Shown here piece after piece: positions 16,378 to 26,119 of a stretch of 64,000 nucleotides of DNA. The translations under genes and the position numbers were made by a program. How positions within the stretch are numbered: position 1 is the first letter of the stretch; each line of letters starts with the position of its first letter. A model generated the notes under the pieces. It saw only the letters and a list, made by a program, of their open reading frames with translations, made no database searches and was not told where the DNA came from. Origin of the DNA: a virus (lineage: Duplodnaviria > Heunggongvirae > Uroviricota > Caudoviricetes); IMG/VR virus record IMGVR_UViG_3300033124_000732; one strand, written 5' to 3'.

Positions 16378-17322
16378 TTAGGCGTTTTGAATCTTGCCAA
16401 CTAACCCAGCTGTAAAGGTATCTGCAAATTGCTCGTACACTTTGGCTGTTGCCTTGCGGAAAGTTTGCTCATCAGCGTCGCTAAATTTGATAACACGAAT
16501 GCCATCTTGTTCACAACGAGCTTTGGTTGGCTCAACTTCAGCCACAGCAACGGCACGTTCAAAACGACCAGCTTCTAATGCAGCTTCTTTCATGACTTCT
16601 TGCAGATTTTCAGGCAAGCTGGCCAAGAAGTTCTTGTTTACAATAATGTTGGTCAACAGCAAACGATGGTTGGGTTCTAAAATAGTTTCAGCAACTTCGT
16701 TTTGTTGGCAAGCATAGATACGTGGCCATGAGCTTTCGCCACCATCAATAGCACCATCTCGGATGCCTTCAGCCACACGCTCCACATCCATCACAACAGG
16801 ATCTGCGCCCAATGCACTCCATGTAGCAGCCGCCACTGGTGAATTTGACACACGAACTTTGACGCCAGCCATTTCGCTTAGGCTAGCAACTTCACGGTTC
16901 ATGGGCATGTTCATAAAGCCACCTGAGTATGTAAACGCCATACCTTTGATATTGCTGTTTTTGGTGTAGCCATCCAACAAGCTCTCGCCAATTTCACTTT
17001 CAAACACACGTGCCGCATGATTGTGATCACGGAACAAGAAAGGCAAATCAAGTGCGTCAAGGTCATTGTTGTACTTGCTGAGCACATAGGTATACATCTG
17101 ACTCATTTCAATGGCGCCTGAATCCATGATGTCCAACAGGTTGTGTTTGGTGATTGGTTCACCATGATTGTACTTGCTGGTGTACTCGCTCAGAGTCAGC
17201 ACTTCAATGTTGAATTGACCGGGTGCTCGGGCTTCTACTACCTCAGTAAATTTTTCAGCGGCACGAATAAAAATGTCGATAGGTTCATGGGCTAATACCC
17301 ATTTGATGTGGATAGGTTTCAT
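16378..17322 (-). CDS. TRAP-transporter DctP-family solute-binding protein homolog (no signal peptide)
   Basis: GVKVRVSNSPV...ALGADPVVMDVERVAEGIRDGAIDGGE matches the DctP consensus (LKIRV..SP...ALGA.PVPM...EVY.ALQ.GVVDG.EN). 314 aa. N-terminus is not hydrophobic. Confidence 0.6.
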   Translation of the reverse strand: MKPIHIKWVLAHEPIDIFIRAAEKFTEVVEARAPGQFNIEVLTLSEYTSKYNHGEPITKHNLLDIMDSGAIEMSQMYTYVLSKYNNDLDALDLPFLFRDHNHAARVFESEIGESLLDGYTKNSNIKGMAFTYSGGFMNMPMNREVASLSEMAGVKVRVSNSPVAAATWSALGADPVVMDVERVAEGIRDGAIDGGESSWPRIYACQQNEVAETILEPNHRLLLTNIIVNKNFLASLPENLQEVMKEAALEAGRFERAVAVAEVEPTKARCEQDGIRVIKFSDADEQTFRKATAKVYEQFADTFTAGLVGKIQNA

Positions 17323-17452
17323 AATATTTTTCCTTGAGTAATAGCTTGCATGTGTATGCTACGGTGGGCGTTCTAGGCATGTGCTAGTAAAGGGCATTGC
17401 CCAAGCGTCCAGTGTTTCCGACGTCAGCCCCTGCTGGCGTTGCTATTTTTAT

Positions 17453-18376
17453 TTAGCTTCCGCGGGCATCTTGTATTTGTTTGCTGTAGTGCTTTCTTAG
17501 TGTTTTTAAGGATTCTATGCGAGATCGGTAAAATTGCTGTGCGCTTACTCCGTCAAATACAGGACTCCGCATGTCGCTAAGGTGTTGTATTTCTTTTAAT
17601 CCCACGTCTTTTGTTGCTTGGTCAAGAATACGACCAATAGCCGCTTGTTTTTCTGCAGGCATTGACTGATGAGCCATTACAATGTTTATAACCCCGGGTA
17701 AATTTACCCCTTGTTCTTTTAAGGTAGCAACATTCATGTTATCATATCTTGTAGGGCAACTCATGCCCACCACTCTAATGTTGGGATTTTTTTCACGAAA
17801 TTGATCAATTATTGAATATCGTTCAATAGCAAAGTTTACCCCGTGATTACCTACCAAGTTTACCAGCGCATCGTAGTTGCTTTTAAATAATACTACTCGA
17901 ACTGGAACTCCAACCCGCTCGCCAATTGCCAACCCTGTTAAATGTGTGACGTTCCCTACGCCAACAGTTCCTACAGTAATTTCTTGGATGTTTTTTAAAC
18001 TGGAAATTCCCTGAGATTCGTTACCGCCTAATGTAATTACAGCCCAGCATGCTTCACCAATAGCATGAACTGGTTTCCAGTCATTTTCCTGTACTAGATT
18101 GTTTTCTACAAGCTCTACAAAAGCAGCGTTAATTATAGCCAATCGTTGTTCACTGTTCTCGCTTGCTGTCTTTAACGCAATTAGTCCTTGCGCTCCGGGT
18201 TTAAGATCAAATTGAAACCGATACTGAGATTGTGATTGGTTAGCTTTGTCGACTACTCGTTGGAAGGCTGCATTACCGCCATGACTAGCACTGTATGGTG
18301 TATACACCGTGACAGTTTCTTGCGAGTGCGCAAGGCTAGCACAGCACACTAGAATAGTAGTTAAGAGTTTTTTCAT
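17453..18376 (-). CDS. Bug/TctC-family periplasmic binding protein (1 of 3)
   Basis: Signal peptide MKKLLTTILVCCASLAHSQ. YTPYSASHGGN resembles the TctC PFxxGGxxD motif. About 307 aa. Start ATG at 18376, 2 nt after the upstream gene's stop. Confidence 0.65.
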   Translation of the reverse strand: MKKLLTTILVCCASLAHSQETVTVYTPYSASHGGNAAFQRVVDKANQSQSQYRFQFDLKPGAQGLIALKTASENSEQRLAIINAAFVELVENNLVQENDWKPVHAIGEACWAVITLGGNESQGISSLKNIQEITVGTVGVGNVTHLTGLAIGERVGVPVRVVLFKSNYDALVNLVGNHGVNFAIERYSIIDQFREKNPNIRVVGMSCPTRYDNMNVATLKEQGVNLPGVINIVMAHQSMPAEKQAAIGRILDQATKDVGLKEIQHLSDMRSPVFDGVSAQQFYRSRIESLKTLRKHYSKQIQDARGS

Positions 18377-18377
18377 G

Positions 18378-19562
18378 TTAAAATTTATAATGGTTGTTAA
18401 TACCTGAGCTTTCAAAGTCGGCTTCTCCCAGGTAATAAAAGGGCGATAAAAACCCCACAAAGCCGACTGGTTGTCCTATTTCTTTGTTAAAATATTTGTT
18501 GTCAATAGTTTTTACTAGATGTGCAAGGCCTGCTTGCCACTTGGCATACTGTGCAGTTTCTTTGAAGTTGGTGTAAAACCAATGATCCATCTCGTTGTAA
18601 AAGCTATTGGTTGGCTTGCTGGTTTGAAATGTTTCTTGATTGTACTGTGGATAGATCAAGGGTTTGATCAAGTGCTCGTATGTTGTGCGATGGGTGTAGC
18701 TGTAGTTTGGCCAACGGCACACATACTGCATGTGTTTGTTGTGCTCCAGCATAAACCAGTTCTTGACCATGTGGCATTGTTTAATAAACATTTCTGGCAA
18801 GTCAGGGGTCCAGTAAAAATATTCATTAGTCATGTTGGTGTAATCACCAAAATCGCCCATGCTATGGTTGGCCATAACATCGATAAAATAAGCGTACCAC
18901 TTTTTATCCTTGATGCATAGCTTGGGTTTGTCTACCCCGTATAAAATACAAATACGTTGACCAGTGTCTGCTAGTTTTTTGTGGCCTTCGTAACCAGTTG
19001 CTGAATGTTTGAATGCATGTCCAGGTTGGAAATAATCTTTAGTTTTCATGACCCAAGACTCGTCATACACTTGAGTTAGCATGTTTTCACTATAGTCGTG
19101 CGTGGTAATTTTTGTGCGCGGCGACGCAGTAGTTAACCAGTCCAGCACAGGATACGCTGCATACTTTGCTTCGCTTAGAGTGTTCTCAGGTTTACAGTTA
19201 AACGGATCATCGCTAACATTTTTTTCACCAGTCTTAGGATAACGAAACACAACTTCATCAAGGTGTATGCCGTTGTTGATAAAACTATACAATGCAGTAG
19301 TTGAATCTCCCCCGCCAGAAAATTCTAAACGAATATAATCGTACTTGTCTCGTAATTGTTGCGCACGAATTCGATACAGATCTAGGATATTGATATTGGG
19401 TTCAACCAACCAATTTTCAGCGCCAAATACTTCATTGTTGAAATTCCATTCGGGGAATTGATTAGTTTCAGTAGCCTTAGTCAGTGCCATTGGTTTACTG
19501 TAAAATTTTTCTTGTCCCACAGTGTAGTATCCTAATTTGGGATTTTGTTCAATTTTTATCAT
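18378..19562 (-). CDS. PP-loop ATP pyrophosphatase-family protein, paralog A (394 aa)
   Basis: SGGGDS PP-loop motif (LEFSGGGDSTTAL) preceded by YRIRAQQLRDKYDY. Paralogous to 19564..20712 and 24959..26119. Confidence 0.7.
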   Translation of the reverse strand: MIKIEQNPKLGYYTVGQEKFYSKPMALTKATETNQFPEWNFNNEVFGAENWLVEPNINILDLYRIRAQQLRDKYDYIRLEFSGGGDSTTALYSFINNGIHLDEVVFRYPKTGEKNVSDDPFNCKPENTLSEAKYAAYPVLDWLTTASPRTKITTHDYSENMLTQVYDESWVMKTKDYFQPGHAFKHSATGYEGHKKLADTGQRICILYGVDKPKLCIKDKKWYAYFIDVMANHSMGDFGDYTNMTNEYFYWTPDLPEMFIKQCHMVKNWFMLEHNKHMQYVCRWPNYSYTHRTTYEHLIKPLIYPQYNQETFQTSKPTNSFYNEMDHWFYTNFKETAQYAKWQAGLAHLVKTIDNKYFNKEIGQPVGFVGFLSPFYYLGEADFESSGINNHYKF

Positions 19563-19563
19563 G

Positions 19564-20712
19564 CTAGGTTCCTATATCATATGCACGACTGCTCAATACT
19601 TTAAATCCTTTTTTGATGTCTGCTGGATTTCTTTTTAAAAATACTGGAGTCTGATTCCACCGGTATTCTAATCCGGTCTGCCACGTGTGTTTGGCTATGT
19701 CATTGTCTGGTAACGAAAAGAACCAACTGTCTCTGTTACTAAAAATCAAGCTAGACGGCTTGAATTGATATGGTAGAGGCTTCCAGTTTGGATAGAGTGC
19801 AGTATGTATACCATTGGAGGTTACCCAGTAAATTTTGCCGTCGATAGACACTACAGGATTTCTATCATTGTAGATTGTCGACACAAACGGTGAATTAGGC
19901 CTAAGTTGTTTCATAAATTTTTTTAACACATGGGCTTGTTTAATGACCAATGTTGGCATGTCAGGAGTCCAATAAAACATTTCATCAAACAATCCAGGGA
20001 AGCCGTCAATTTGATTATGTGTTACTGTGGCGGCATCCAAAATGTCTCTGAACACCAAACTCCATTTTCCGTTGATACCTACTATCTTGGGTTTGTCAAT
20101 TCCGTGTATAAATCCCACTTTCTTGCCAGCGTTGATCATATCCATCCAGTGAGGTTGTGTTTTTACAACCAATGTTCTTGCATGGTAATTGGGATTCACG
20201 TATTGATTTACTTTATGTACCCAATCAAATTTATTTTGTTGGTTGGCAAAGTAGTCTATAGTGAGTTGACAAATATCAATCAGTGTGTGCCGAATCCATG
20301 GTTGAGATGTTTCTTGCAAATGTTGAATCTTGGGCACTGTGAGATTGAAAATTTCACCGTTGAGATAGTCGTTGGTGTCGCCAGTAGCAGCCACGTTAAT
20401 TAACCCAGCGGCTTCATCAAGTTTGATATTATTTTCTACAAATGTATTGAGAATATTGTCGCAATCCGAGCCTCCTGAATACCATAACACCAGATAATCA
20501 TAGGTATCTCTTAGCTGTTGAGCACGTTCACGGTACAGTTCAGACAGACTTTGTGTGGATGGTCGAGCCCAATCATAAGCACTGAATATTTCATCGTTGT
20601 AGTGCCAAGTTAGTGGTTGATTGATTTTTTCTGCAACCAATGCCGCGTCAAACTTGCTATAAAATTTTAAGTTACCAACGCGATAAAATCCAAACTTATC
20701 TTTATCTTGCAT
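19564..20712 (-). CDS. PP-loop ATP pyrophosphatase-family protein, paralog B (382 aa)
   Basis: LWYSGGSDCDNIL PP-loop and YRERAQQLRDTYDY. Shares motifs with paralog A (FYWTPD, GxDKPK). Confidence 0.7.
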   Translation of the reverse strand: MQDKDKFGFYRVGNLKFYSKFDAALVAEKINQPLTWHYNDEIFSAYDWARPSTQSLSELYRERAQQLRDTYDYLVLWYSGGSDCDNILNTFVENNIKLDEAAGLINVAATGDTNDYLNGEIFNLTVPKIQHLQETSQPWIRHTLIDICQLTIDYFANQQNKFDWVHKVNQYVNPNYHARTLVVKTQPHWMDMINAGKKVGFIHGIDKPKIVGINGKWSLVFRDILDAATVTHNQIDGFPGLFDEMFYWTPDMPTLVIKQAHVLKKFMKQLRPNSPFVSTIYNDRNPVVSIDGKIYWVTSNGIHTALYPNWKPLPYQFKPSSLIFSNRDSWFFSLPDNDIAKHTWQTGLEYRWNQTPVFLKRNPADIKKGFKVLSSRAYDIGT

Positions 20713-21643
20713 CTATGTTTGCTCGATTAAGTATCTTCTTGAACTTTCGAAACTCAATAGACAAAAAAGATCGTGGAATTTGTTTTCCAATACTCTGCAA
20801 GCCTGCGTCTTTCAATTGCTCTCGAACATCAGCTCGTTGCATTAATCGACGTAACGCTTCTCGAACTTGTGTGATTTCTACAGCAGGTGCTGAAGTATTA
20901 ACTACCAACACAAACCAATTGTAAAAATCATAATCGTTATTGCCAATGTCTGTCATACTGGGTAAGTTGGGAAAATCTGAATTACGCATGCGATCCACAC
21001 TTAGCAATGGTCGAAATAATTGAGTATCAATATAAGGTCGAACACTGGTTACAAAATCTGTAACTATATCAATGTGTCGACCTTGCAGATCAACAAGTGC
21101 TGGGCCTACGCCCTTGTATGGTACATGTGTGCTTGAACACTGCAAAGTTTCCATCACAATTGACGATGAAATGTGTGTGGCAGACCCAATGCCTGCGCTG
21201 CCGTATGCGATTGGTCTTCGGCGACATTCACGTTGAAGATCTTGAATGGTGTGTATACTGCTGGCAGCATTTACAACCAACAACATGGGAATGTGTCCAA
21301 GATATTCCAATGGAACAAAATCTGTTTCTAAATTGTAATTCACAGCTGATGCATTTACAATTGATGCAGTGACTACTGCATTTGGAGCCATGAGTATTTG
21401 TAATTTGTCAGACCGTGCTACCATAGATGCCGCAAGAGTACTGCCACCGCCGGGACGATAGCTCAACACAGGATTAAAATTATAATTGGCCAATTCTTCG
21501 CGCATGGGACCGATAAGGCTTACTGCAAGTCGGTCCGCAGTACCACCGGGTGCAAAAGGAACAACAAACTCAATGTTACGTTGAGCTTGTGCTACTGTAG
21601 CTAAAAAAACTAAAGCCAGAGCAAGTAATTTACTTTTGATCAT
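20702..21643 (-). CDS. Bug/TctC-family periplasmic binding protein (2 of 3)
   Basis: VVPFAPGGTADRLAR, YGSAGIGSATHIS and VPYKGVGPALVDLQGRHID match TctC/Bug signatures. Signal peptide MIKSKLLALALVFLATVAQAQ from the ATG at 21643; the ORF-track first codon at 21670 is TTG. Confidence 0.8.
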   Translation of the reverse strand: MIKSKLLALALVFLATVAQAQRNIEFVVPFAPGGTADRLAVSLIGPMREELANYNFNPVLSYRPGGGSTLAASMVARSDKLQILMAPNAVVTASIVNASAVNYNLETDFVPLEYLGHIPMLLVVNAASSIHTIQDLQRECRRRPIAYGSAGIGSATHISSSIVMETLQCSSTHVPYKGVGPALVDLQGRHIDIVTDFVTSVRPYIDTQLFRPLLSVDRMRNSDFPNLPSMTDIGNNDYDFYNWFVLVVNTSAPAVEITQVREALRRLMQRADVREQLKDAGLQSIGKQIPRSFLSIEFRKFKKILNRANIDAR

Positions 21644-21676
21644 AGTACTCTGGTTTGTTGTTGTTTTCAAATTGAA

Positions 21677-23308
21677 TCATGCTATTCCTGCACTGTGATA
21701 TCCGCGATGTATTGTACGTGAATCATCTAAGAATTCTTGCCAACGATCAGCGTATTTGACGCTTAACGCATGATTGGAAAACACTTCTCTAAGAATTTGG
21801 TTGACCACGCGAGGCGATACAGAACCACTATTATACAAGTTCAACAGTAGTTGTGTAAAGTATTTTTTTTCCCAAAGTGGTGGAATACTTTTGTTAAACT
21901 CATCAAACTCTTCCAAAGTTACTCCAAACCATGATAGCATTTTGTAAGTAATTTGAGTGAAGTTAAAATACGCTATGTCCAGCTCGTTAAAACTAAAACT
22001 ACCACTGATCATGCTGTGCTTGTTATTTTTGATTTCTCGTGTGCGTATTTGAAATTTTTTCATATACTCGGGATCATACACCGCTGGCGAATTGGGTATG
22101 ATGATCCAGGTGTAAAACTCCAGGCACAAATTCAATTGGTATGCCTCACGCAACAAATGCTGCCAAGTTTTGCGTGTTTGTCCAGGTAGACCTTTGATTC
22201 CTTCTAACGAAAATGTTCGATCAGGAAACCGTGACTTCAAATGGCGGATGTATGTTTTGTGTTCTTCCCAAGAAATATCTGGACGGTCTATGTTGGCCAG
22301 GATTGTGGGATCTATGTCTTGTACTGCAAATTTGCCACCTTCGCACACTCCTGCGTCTATCCAAATTTCTAAAATTTCGTATGCTCGGTCTTTTTTGTTT
22401 TTGCTGAGGTTGGGGCTTTGTGTTTTGATTCCACGTGGCGGCAAAATTTCAGCCATGAGCCGAGCAATTTCTACATCCACTGGCCATTGTCCAAAGTTGG
22501 CATCACTAATGTGTAGTTGTGTAATGCCTAACTCAGCAATCATTTCCAGTTCCGCTCTGTAATCTACCTTGCGTTTGACTGTGGTTGGCCCAAGCCCCGA
22601 AGTCCAGTCACAGAAACTGCAACTGTAGGGACACCCTCTTGAAGTTTCGTAACTGAGCTCAAACTCATATCCATGATATTCTGGATCACCTACCATTTGT
22701 TTTAGTAGATGTTGACTTTCTAAATATGGACTATACTCGGTATTTTTGATGTAGGCTGCTGGAGCCTTTTGCAGTTGATCGTTTTTGACCCACAGCAAGT
22801 TATGAGTGTTTAGAATATTTAAACTTCTGTCATAAAAATGATGACACAATATGTCGTGGAATGCTTGCTCGCCATCAGAGAACACAGCGTAGTCTGCATC
22901 TTCGTAGTCTTGTCTCCAGTCATACGTGCCATGTGCTTCAATACTAGGGCCGCCCACAATCACAATCACATCATGATTGATTTGACTTTTGAGATTGCGT
23001 GTGAGATTGATAATTGTTGGCCGGTTCCAGTTGTAAACACTAAAACATATCACATTGCACTTGTGTTGATTCACATAGTCCACAACTTGTTGTTGTGTCC
23101 AGGTGTTTACACTGATCTTGTTCCAGGTCAGATCTTCGTACAGTGTGGGATTTTTTATTTTAATGTAACTATCAAGATAGCACGGAACAGTACTGAGATA
23201 CACGCTATAGTCATATTCAAATTCTTGGTCCAATAAATTTGTTTCAGCACGATATCTTGCACCGTGAACTACACTTGGACAACTGAAGAATATTTGAATC
23301 TTTGACAT
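21677..23308 (-). CDS. radical SAM enzyme with N-terminal cobalamin-binding-like domain (543 aa)
   Basis: CxxxCxxC in ETSRGCPYSCSFCDW. N-terminal Rossmann-like B12-binding region (VIVIVGGPSIEAHG). Confidence 0.75.
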   Translation of the reverse strand: MSKIQIFFSCPSVVHGARYRAETNLLDQEFEYDYSVYLSTVPCYLDSYIKIKNPTLYEDLTWNKISVNTWTQQQVVDYVNQHKCNVICFSVYNWNRPTIINLTRNLKSQINHDVIVIVGGPSIEAHGTYDWRQDYEDADYAVFSDGEQAFHDILCHHFYDRSLNILNTHNLLWVKNDQLQKAPAAYIKNTEYSPYLESQHLLKQMVGDPEYHGYEFELSYETSRGCPYSCSFCDWTSGLGPTTVKRKVDYRAELEMIAELGITQLHISDANFGQWPVDVEIARLMAEILPPRGIKTQSPNLSKNKKDRAYEILEIWIDAGVCEGGKFAVQDIDPTILANIDRPDISWEEHKTYIRHLKSRFPDRTFSLEGIKGLPGQTRKTWQHLLREAYQLNLCLEFYTWIIIPNSPAVYDPEYMKKFQIRTREIKNNKHSMISGSFSFNELDIAYFNFTQITYKMLSWFGVTLEEFDEFNKSIPPLWEKKYFTQLLLNLYNSGSVSPRVVNQILREVFSNHALSVKYADRWQEFLDDSRTIHRGYHSAGIA

Positions 23309-24268
23309 TTATTTTGGTAACAGATGCTGATATTTTTTATACAGTCGTTCTCGACTGTCATAGTATGTGTTGTAAAACTGTCTAGCTCGAACTAAGTCAC
23401 CGCCTAATGGCACATTGCCGCGACGCACTAAAGAGGCAGCAGTGTCTGAATCAACAACTGCTTGGTGCCATGCCCAGTTGAGATATTCAAGTACATGAAC
23501 AGGTGTGCCACGAGGCGCAAACAAGCCATTGTAATTTACAGTAACAACTCCATTGTAGATTTCTGCTAATGCAGGAATGTTAGGATGTTGTGCAGAGCGT
23601 GTGCGACTGCCTACTGCTAGTACTTTGACCTTTTTAGCGTCTATCAATCCTTGTGCATCTCCAATGGCTGATAACACAAATGCTGTTTCGTTAGCAGCCA
23701 CTGATCGTAAAGTCTCTGCTTGACTTTTGTACGCCACTGGTTGAATATCTTGCACCCGCGCAGTTTCTAAGAACGCCTCAGTCATCAGTGTTTGAATGCC
23801 GCCCACTGTGGCGTAACTCAATCGTTTTTGTTGTTGAAGATACGCAACAAACTCTTGCACAGTACTAGCTGGTGTGTCTGCACCAACAATCAACGCAAGG
23901 CTGCTTTCTATGCTGGCCGACACTGGTACTAATTGATCTCTTGATGGTGCATTTGGTAACCCTTGAATGGCGTTCACCATGGCTGGACCAGTTTCAAATT
24001 GCCCTAGGGTCAGCCCATTGGGTTCTGATTGCGTCAACGCCTGAGTACCAATGGTGCCACTGGCACCTGGACGATTGGATACTATGATGTTTACCCCAGT
24101 GATTTGTTCCACAGTCTTGGCCAATTGCCTTGCGGTAATATCGCTGTTGCCTCCAGGGCCGTACGGCACAATAACAGTGATGGTCTTGCCTGTCAGTTCA
24201 GCAGGAATGTCTCGTGCGTGTGTGGTCACGCACAGTGATAATAGCAGTAGTGTTAGTAGTTTCTTCAT
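23309..24268 (-). CDS. Bug/TctC-family periplasmic binding protein (3 of 3)
   Basis: Signal peptide MKKLLTLLLLSLCVTTHA. IVPYGPGGNSDITAR motif. 319 aa. Confidence 0.75.
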   Translation of the reverse strand: MKKLLTLLLLSLCVTTHARDIPAELTGKTITVIVPYGPGGNSDITARQLAKTVEQITGVNIIVSNRPGASGTIGTQALTQSEPNGLTLGQFETGPAMVNAIQGLPNAPSRDQLVPVSASIESSLALIVGADTPASTVQEFVAYLQQQKRLSYATVGGIQTLMTEAFLETARVQDIQPVAYKSQAETLRSVAANETAFVLSAIGDAQGLIDAKKVKVLAVGSRTRSAQHPNIPALAEIYNGVVTVNYNGLFAPRGTPVHVLEYLNWAWHQAVVDSDTAASLVRRGNVPLGGDLVRARQFYNTYYDSRERLYKKYQHLLPK

Positions 24269-24269
24269 A

Positions 24270-24965
24270 TTAATATTTCAATTCAAATTGTCCACCAGCT
24301 GAGAACCAGCGGTGCCAGCGATCAGTGGTCATTCCACTCAAACGCAATAATGGTCTGGACCAGTAGCCGTTGTTAAACGTACCATGCACTTCCGTGGGCC
24401 AATTCCAAGCATATACATCACCACGCCGCCAATTGTCCAGCAAGCCGTGTTCAGTTGTAAAGCCTTGGCCAATGCGCCAATCTTCCAGCATGATCAACAC
24501 TCTTGTGGCTGTTTGAGGATCTTGCGCAAATCGCTGTCGATCTTCATCAGTAATTGCAGCCTGATAATAGTGTTCAATCTCGCTGACTTCTCCCAGGTAA
24601 CTGGTAGACAGATCATCTCTGTGTGGCATGACCATTTGTCCTGAGCGTTGCACTTGTACTCTGCCCAGTGTCAGTTTTAATCCAAGGCGTTCTCCAATGC
24701 GTTCAACCACACTGTGATCAGTTATGGCCCACTTCTCAAAGTCCAGTACATCTGCTCCAAATACATCTGTGTCTGTGTTGGTATAGCCATACTTGGCAGC
24801 CATGTCGGCAGCGCATTTGCTACGTACACGAACCCGTAATGCATGAGATGCAGGTGCTTGTTTCACTGTGTGTACATTTTCTGGCTTGGTTCGTAATTCT
24901 GACCATTTGAGATAATCGGGAATGCCAGAAATGTTACCGACGCAACGAAAGGTATTATTTACCAT
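24270..24965 (-). CDS. hypothetical protein, possible cupin/2OG-oxygenase-like (231 aa)
   Basis: MPHRDD...H pattern suggests an HxD...H metal site. Low-confidence call. Confidence 0.4.
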   Translation of the reverse strand: MVNNTFRCVGNISGIPDYLKWSELRTKPENVHTVKQAPASHALRVRVRSKCAADMAAKYGYTNTDTDVFGADVLDFEKWAITDHSVVERIGERLGLKLTLGRVQVQRSGQMVMPHRDDLSTSYLGEVSEIEHYYQAAITDEDRQRFAQDPQTATRVLIMLEDWRIGQGFTTEHGLLDNWRRGDVYAWNWPTEVHGTFNNGYWSRPLLRLSGMTTDRWHRWFSAGGQFELKY

Positions 24966-26119
24966 GGTATGGTTCCTATTGGGTGGAAATTGTCAAAGAC
25001 AGTCATATCACTTTTTACTGATTTCTTGTCATTGAATGCGATTGCAGGATCTAATTGGCGTATTGTATTTATTGCACATGACGCCCAACTTTGATAAAAT
25101 CGTTCTTTCTGGAACTGTTGGGTAAGTTTGTCAAAGTGATTGTTGGCAAAAATACCGCTTTTGTCTACTTGTATTTTGTTAAAGTCCCAGTGTGGGTAGC
25201 AAATTTTCTTTATGGTATGGTCAAACCATTTTTTGCGTTGTTGCCATTCTGCGCCTTTAAGATCCAGCATGGCTTGTGTGCCTGTGGGATCTAACAGTAG
25301 ACTATCCCAAACCAAGTGTGCTTGTTCAGTTACGATAGCAGGAAAGTCTGGTGTCCAGTAGAAGTATTCAATGTTGCGATATTCGTTGCCTTGTGCGTGT
25401 GTTTTAAAAATAGCCGCATTGTCAACAAATCGAAATCCGTACTGATTACCACGTCGAGCTGGATTGACTTTGTCCATGCCGGTGATCACAGCAACTCTTT
25501 GTCCGCGATCCACAAACTGTTGTAGATATCGTGTGATGTATCTGTAGCGTTTGATTGACGTGTATACTGTGGGCACAGAAATAACAGTCATGCTATCTTC
25601 AGCATCTTCTTCTGTTTGCCCAGCAAAGGTATCGCTTACGTGTACATGTATTTCGGGATTGGTAACTGCTAGTTCGTCTAATGCAGGTTTGATCACACGG
25701 AACCATTCTACAGGCATGTTCTCTGGATTGGTTGCATCACTGATTACATAGTTGCTTTTTTCAACAAGGCTAAGTGGCCAGTCACACCACACTTCATCCA
25801 AGTGTATTTTGTTTTGTTGAAAAACTTTTAAGATGTTGTCACTGTCAGCACCGCCACTATATCCTAAAATTAAGTAATCGTATCGGTCGCGAAGTTGCAA
25901 AGCACGTTGTTTGTACAATTCCATCAGTGGAATGCCTAGTCTAGGCATCTGTGCTTGTTGAGCAAACACTGCATGATTGAAATCCCAAGACACATGTTGA
26001 TGTGTACAACTGGCTTCTAGCAAGGCGTTGAGTTTTTTGTCAAATAGTTTTGTTCCTACTTGATAATAGCCTTGTTTGCTGTGTGCCGGATCAAGACTGC
26101 TGTCTTCAAACCTCGTCAT
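24959..26119 (-). CDS. PP-loop ATP pyrophosphatase-family protein, paralog C (386 aa)
   Basis: LGYSGGADSDNIL PP-loop and YKQRALQLRDRYDY. Shares FYWTPDFP and other blocks with paralogs A and B. Confidence 0.7.
   Translation of the reverse strand: MTRFEDSSLDPAHSKQGYYQVGTKLFDKKLNALLEASCTHQHVSWDFNHAVFAQQAQMPRLGIPLMELYKQRALQLRDRYDYLILGYSGGADSDNILKVFQQNKIHLDEVWCDWPLSLVEKSNYVISDATNPENMPVEWFRVIKPALDELAVTNPEIHVHVSDTFAGQTEEDAEDSMTVISVPTVYTSIKRYRYITRYLQQFVDRGQRVAVITGMDKVNPARRGNQYGFRFVDNAAIFKTHAQGNEYRNIEYFYWTPDFPAIVTEQAHLVWDSLLLDPTGTQAMLDLKGAEWQQRKKWFDHTIKKICYPHWDFNKIQVDKSGIFANNHFDKLTQQFQKERFYQSWASCAINTIRQLDPAIAFNDKKSVKSDMTVFDNFHPIGTIPW

Noticed and set aside
18519-20403. Plus-strand ORFs 18519..18920 and 19930..20403 (133 and 157 aa)
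   Set aside because: They are entirely antisense to the well-supported PP-loop paralog genes and have no RBS or motif. These are typical shadow ORFs. The same applies to 32306..32932, 32494..32940, 41035..41634, 46808..47209, 52209..52685, 56677..57078 and 61046..61621.
21644-21670. Upstream start for Bug paralog 2 (track start 21670)
   Set aside because: The first codon at 21668-21670 is TTG. The ATG at 21643 begins a textbook signal peptide (MIKSKLLALALVFLATVAQA), so the longer form is unlikely.
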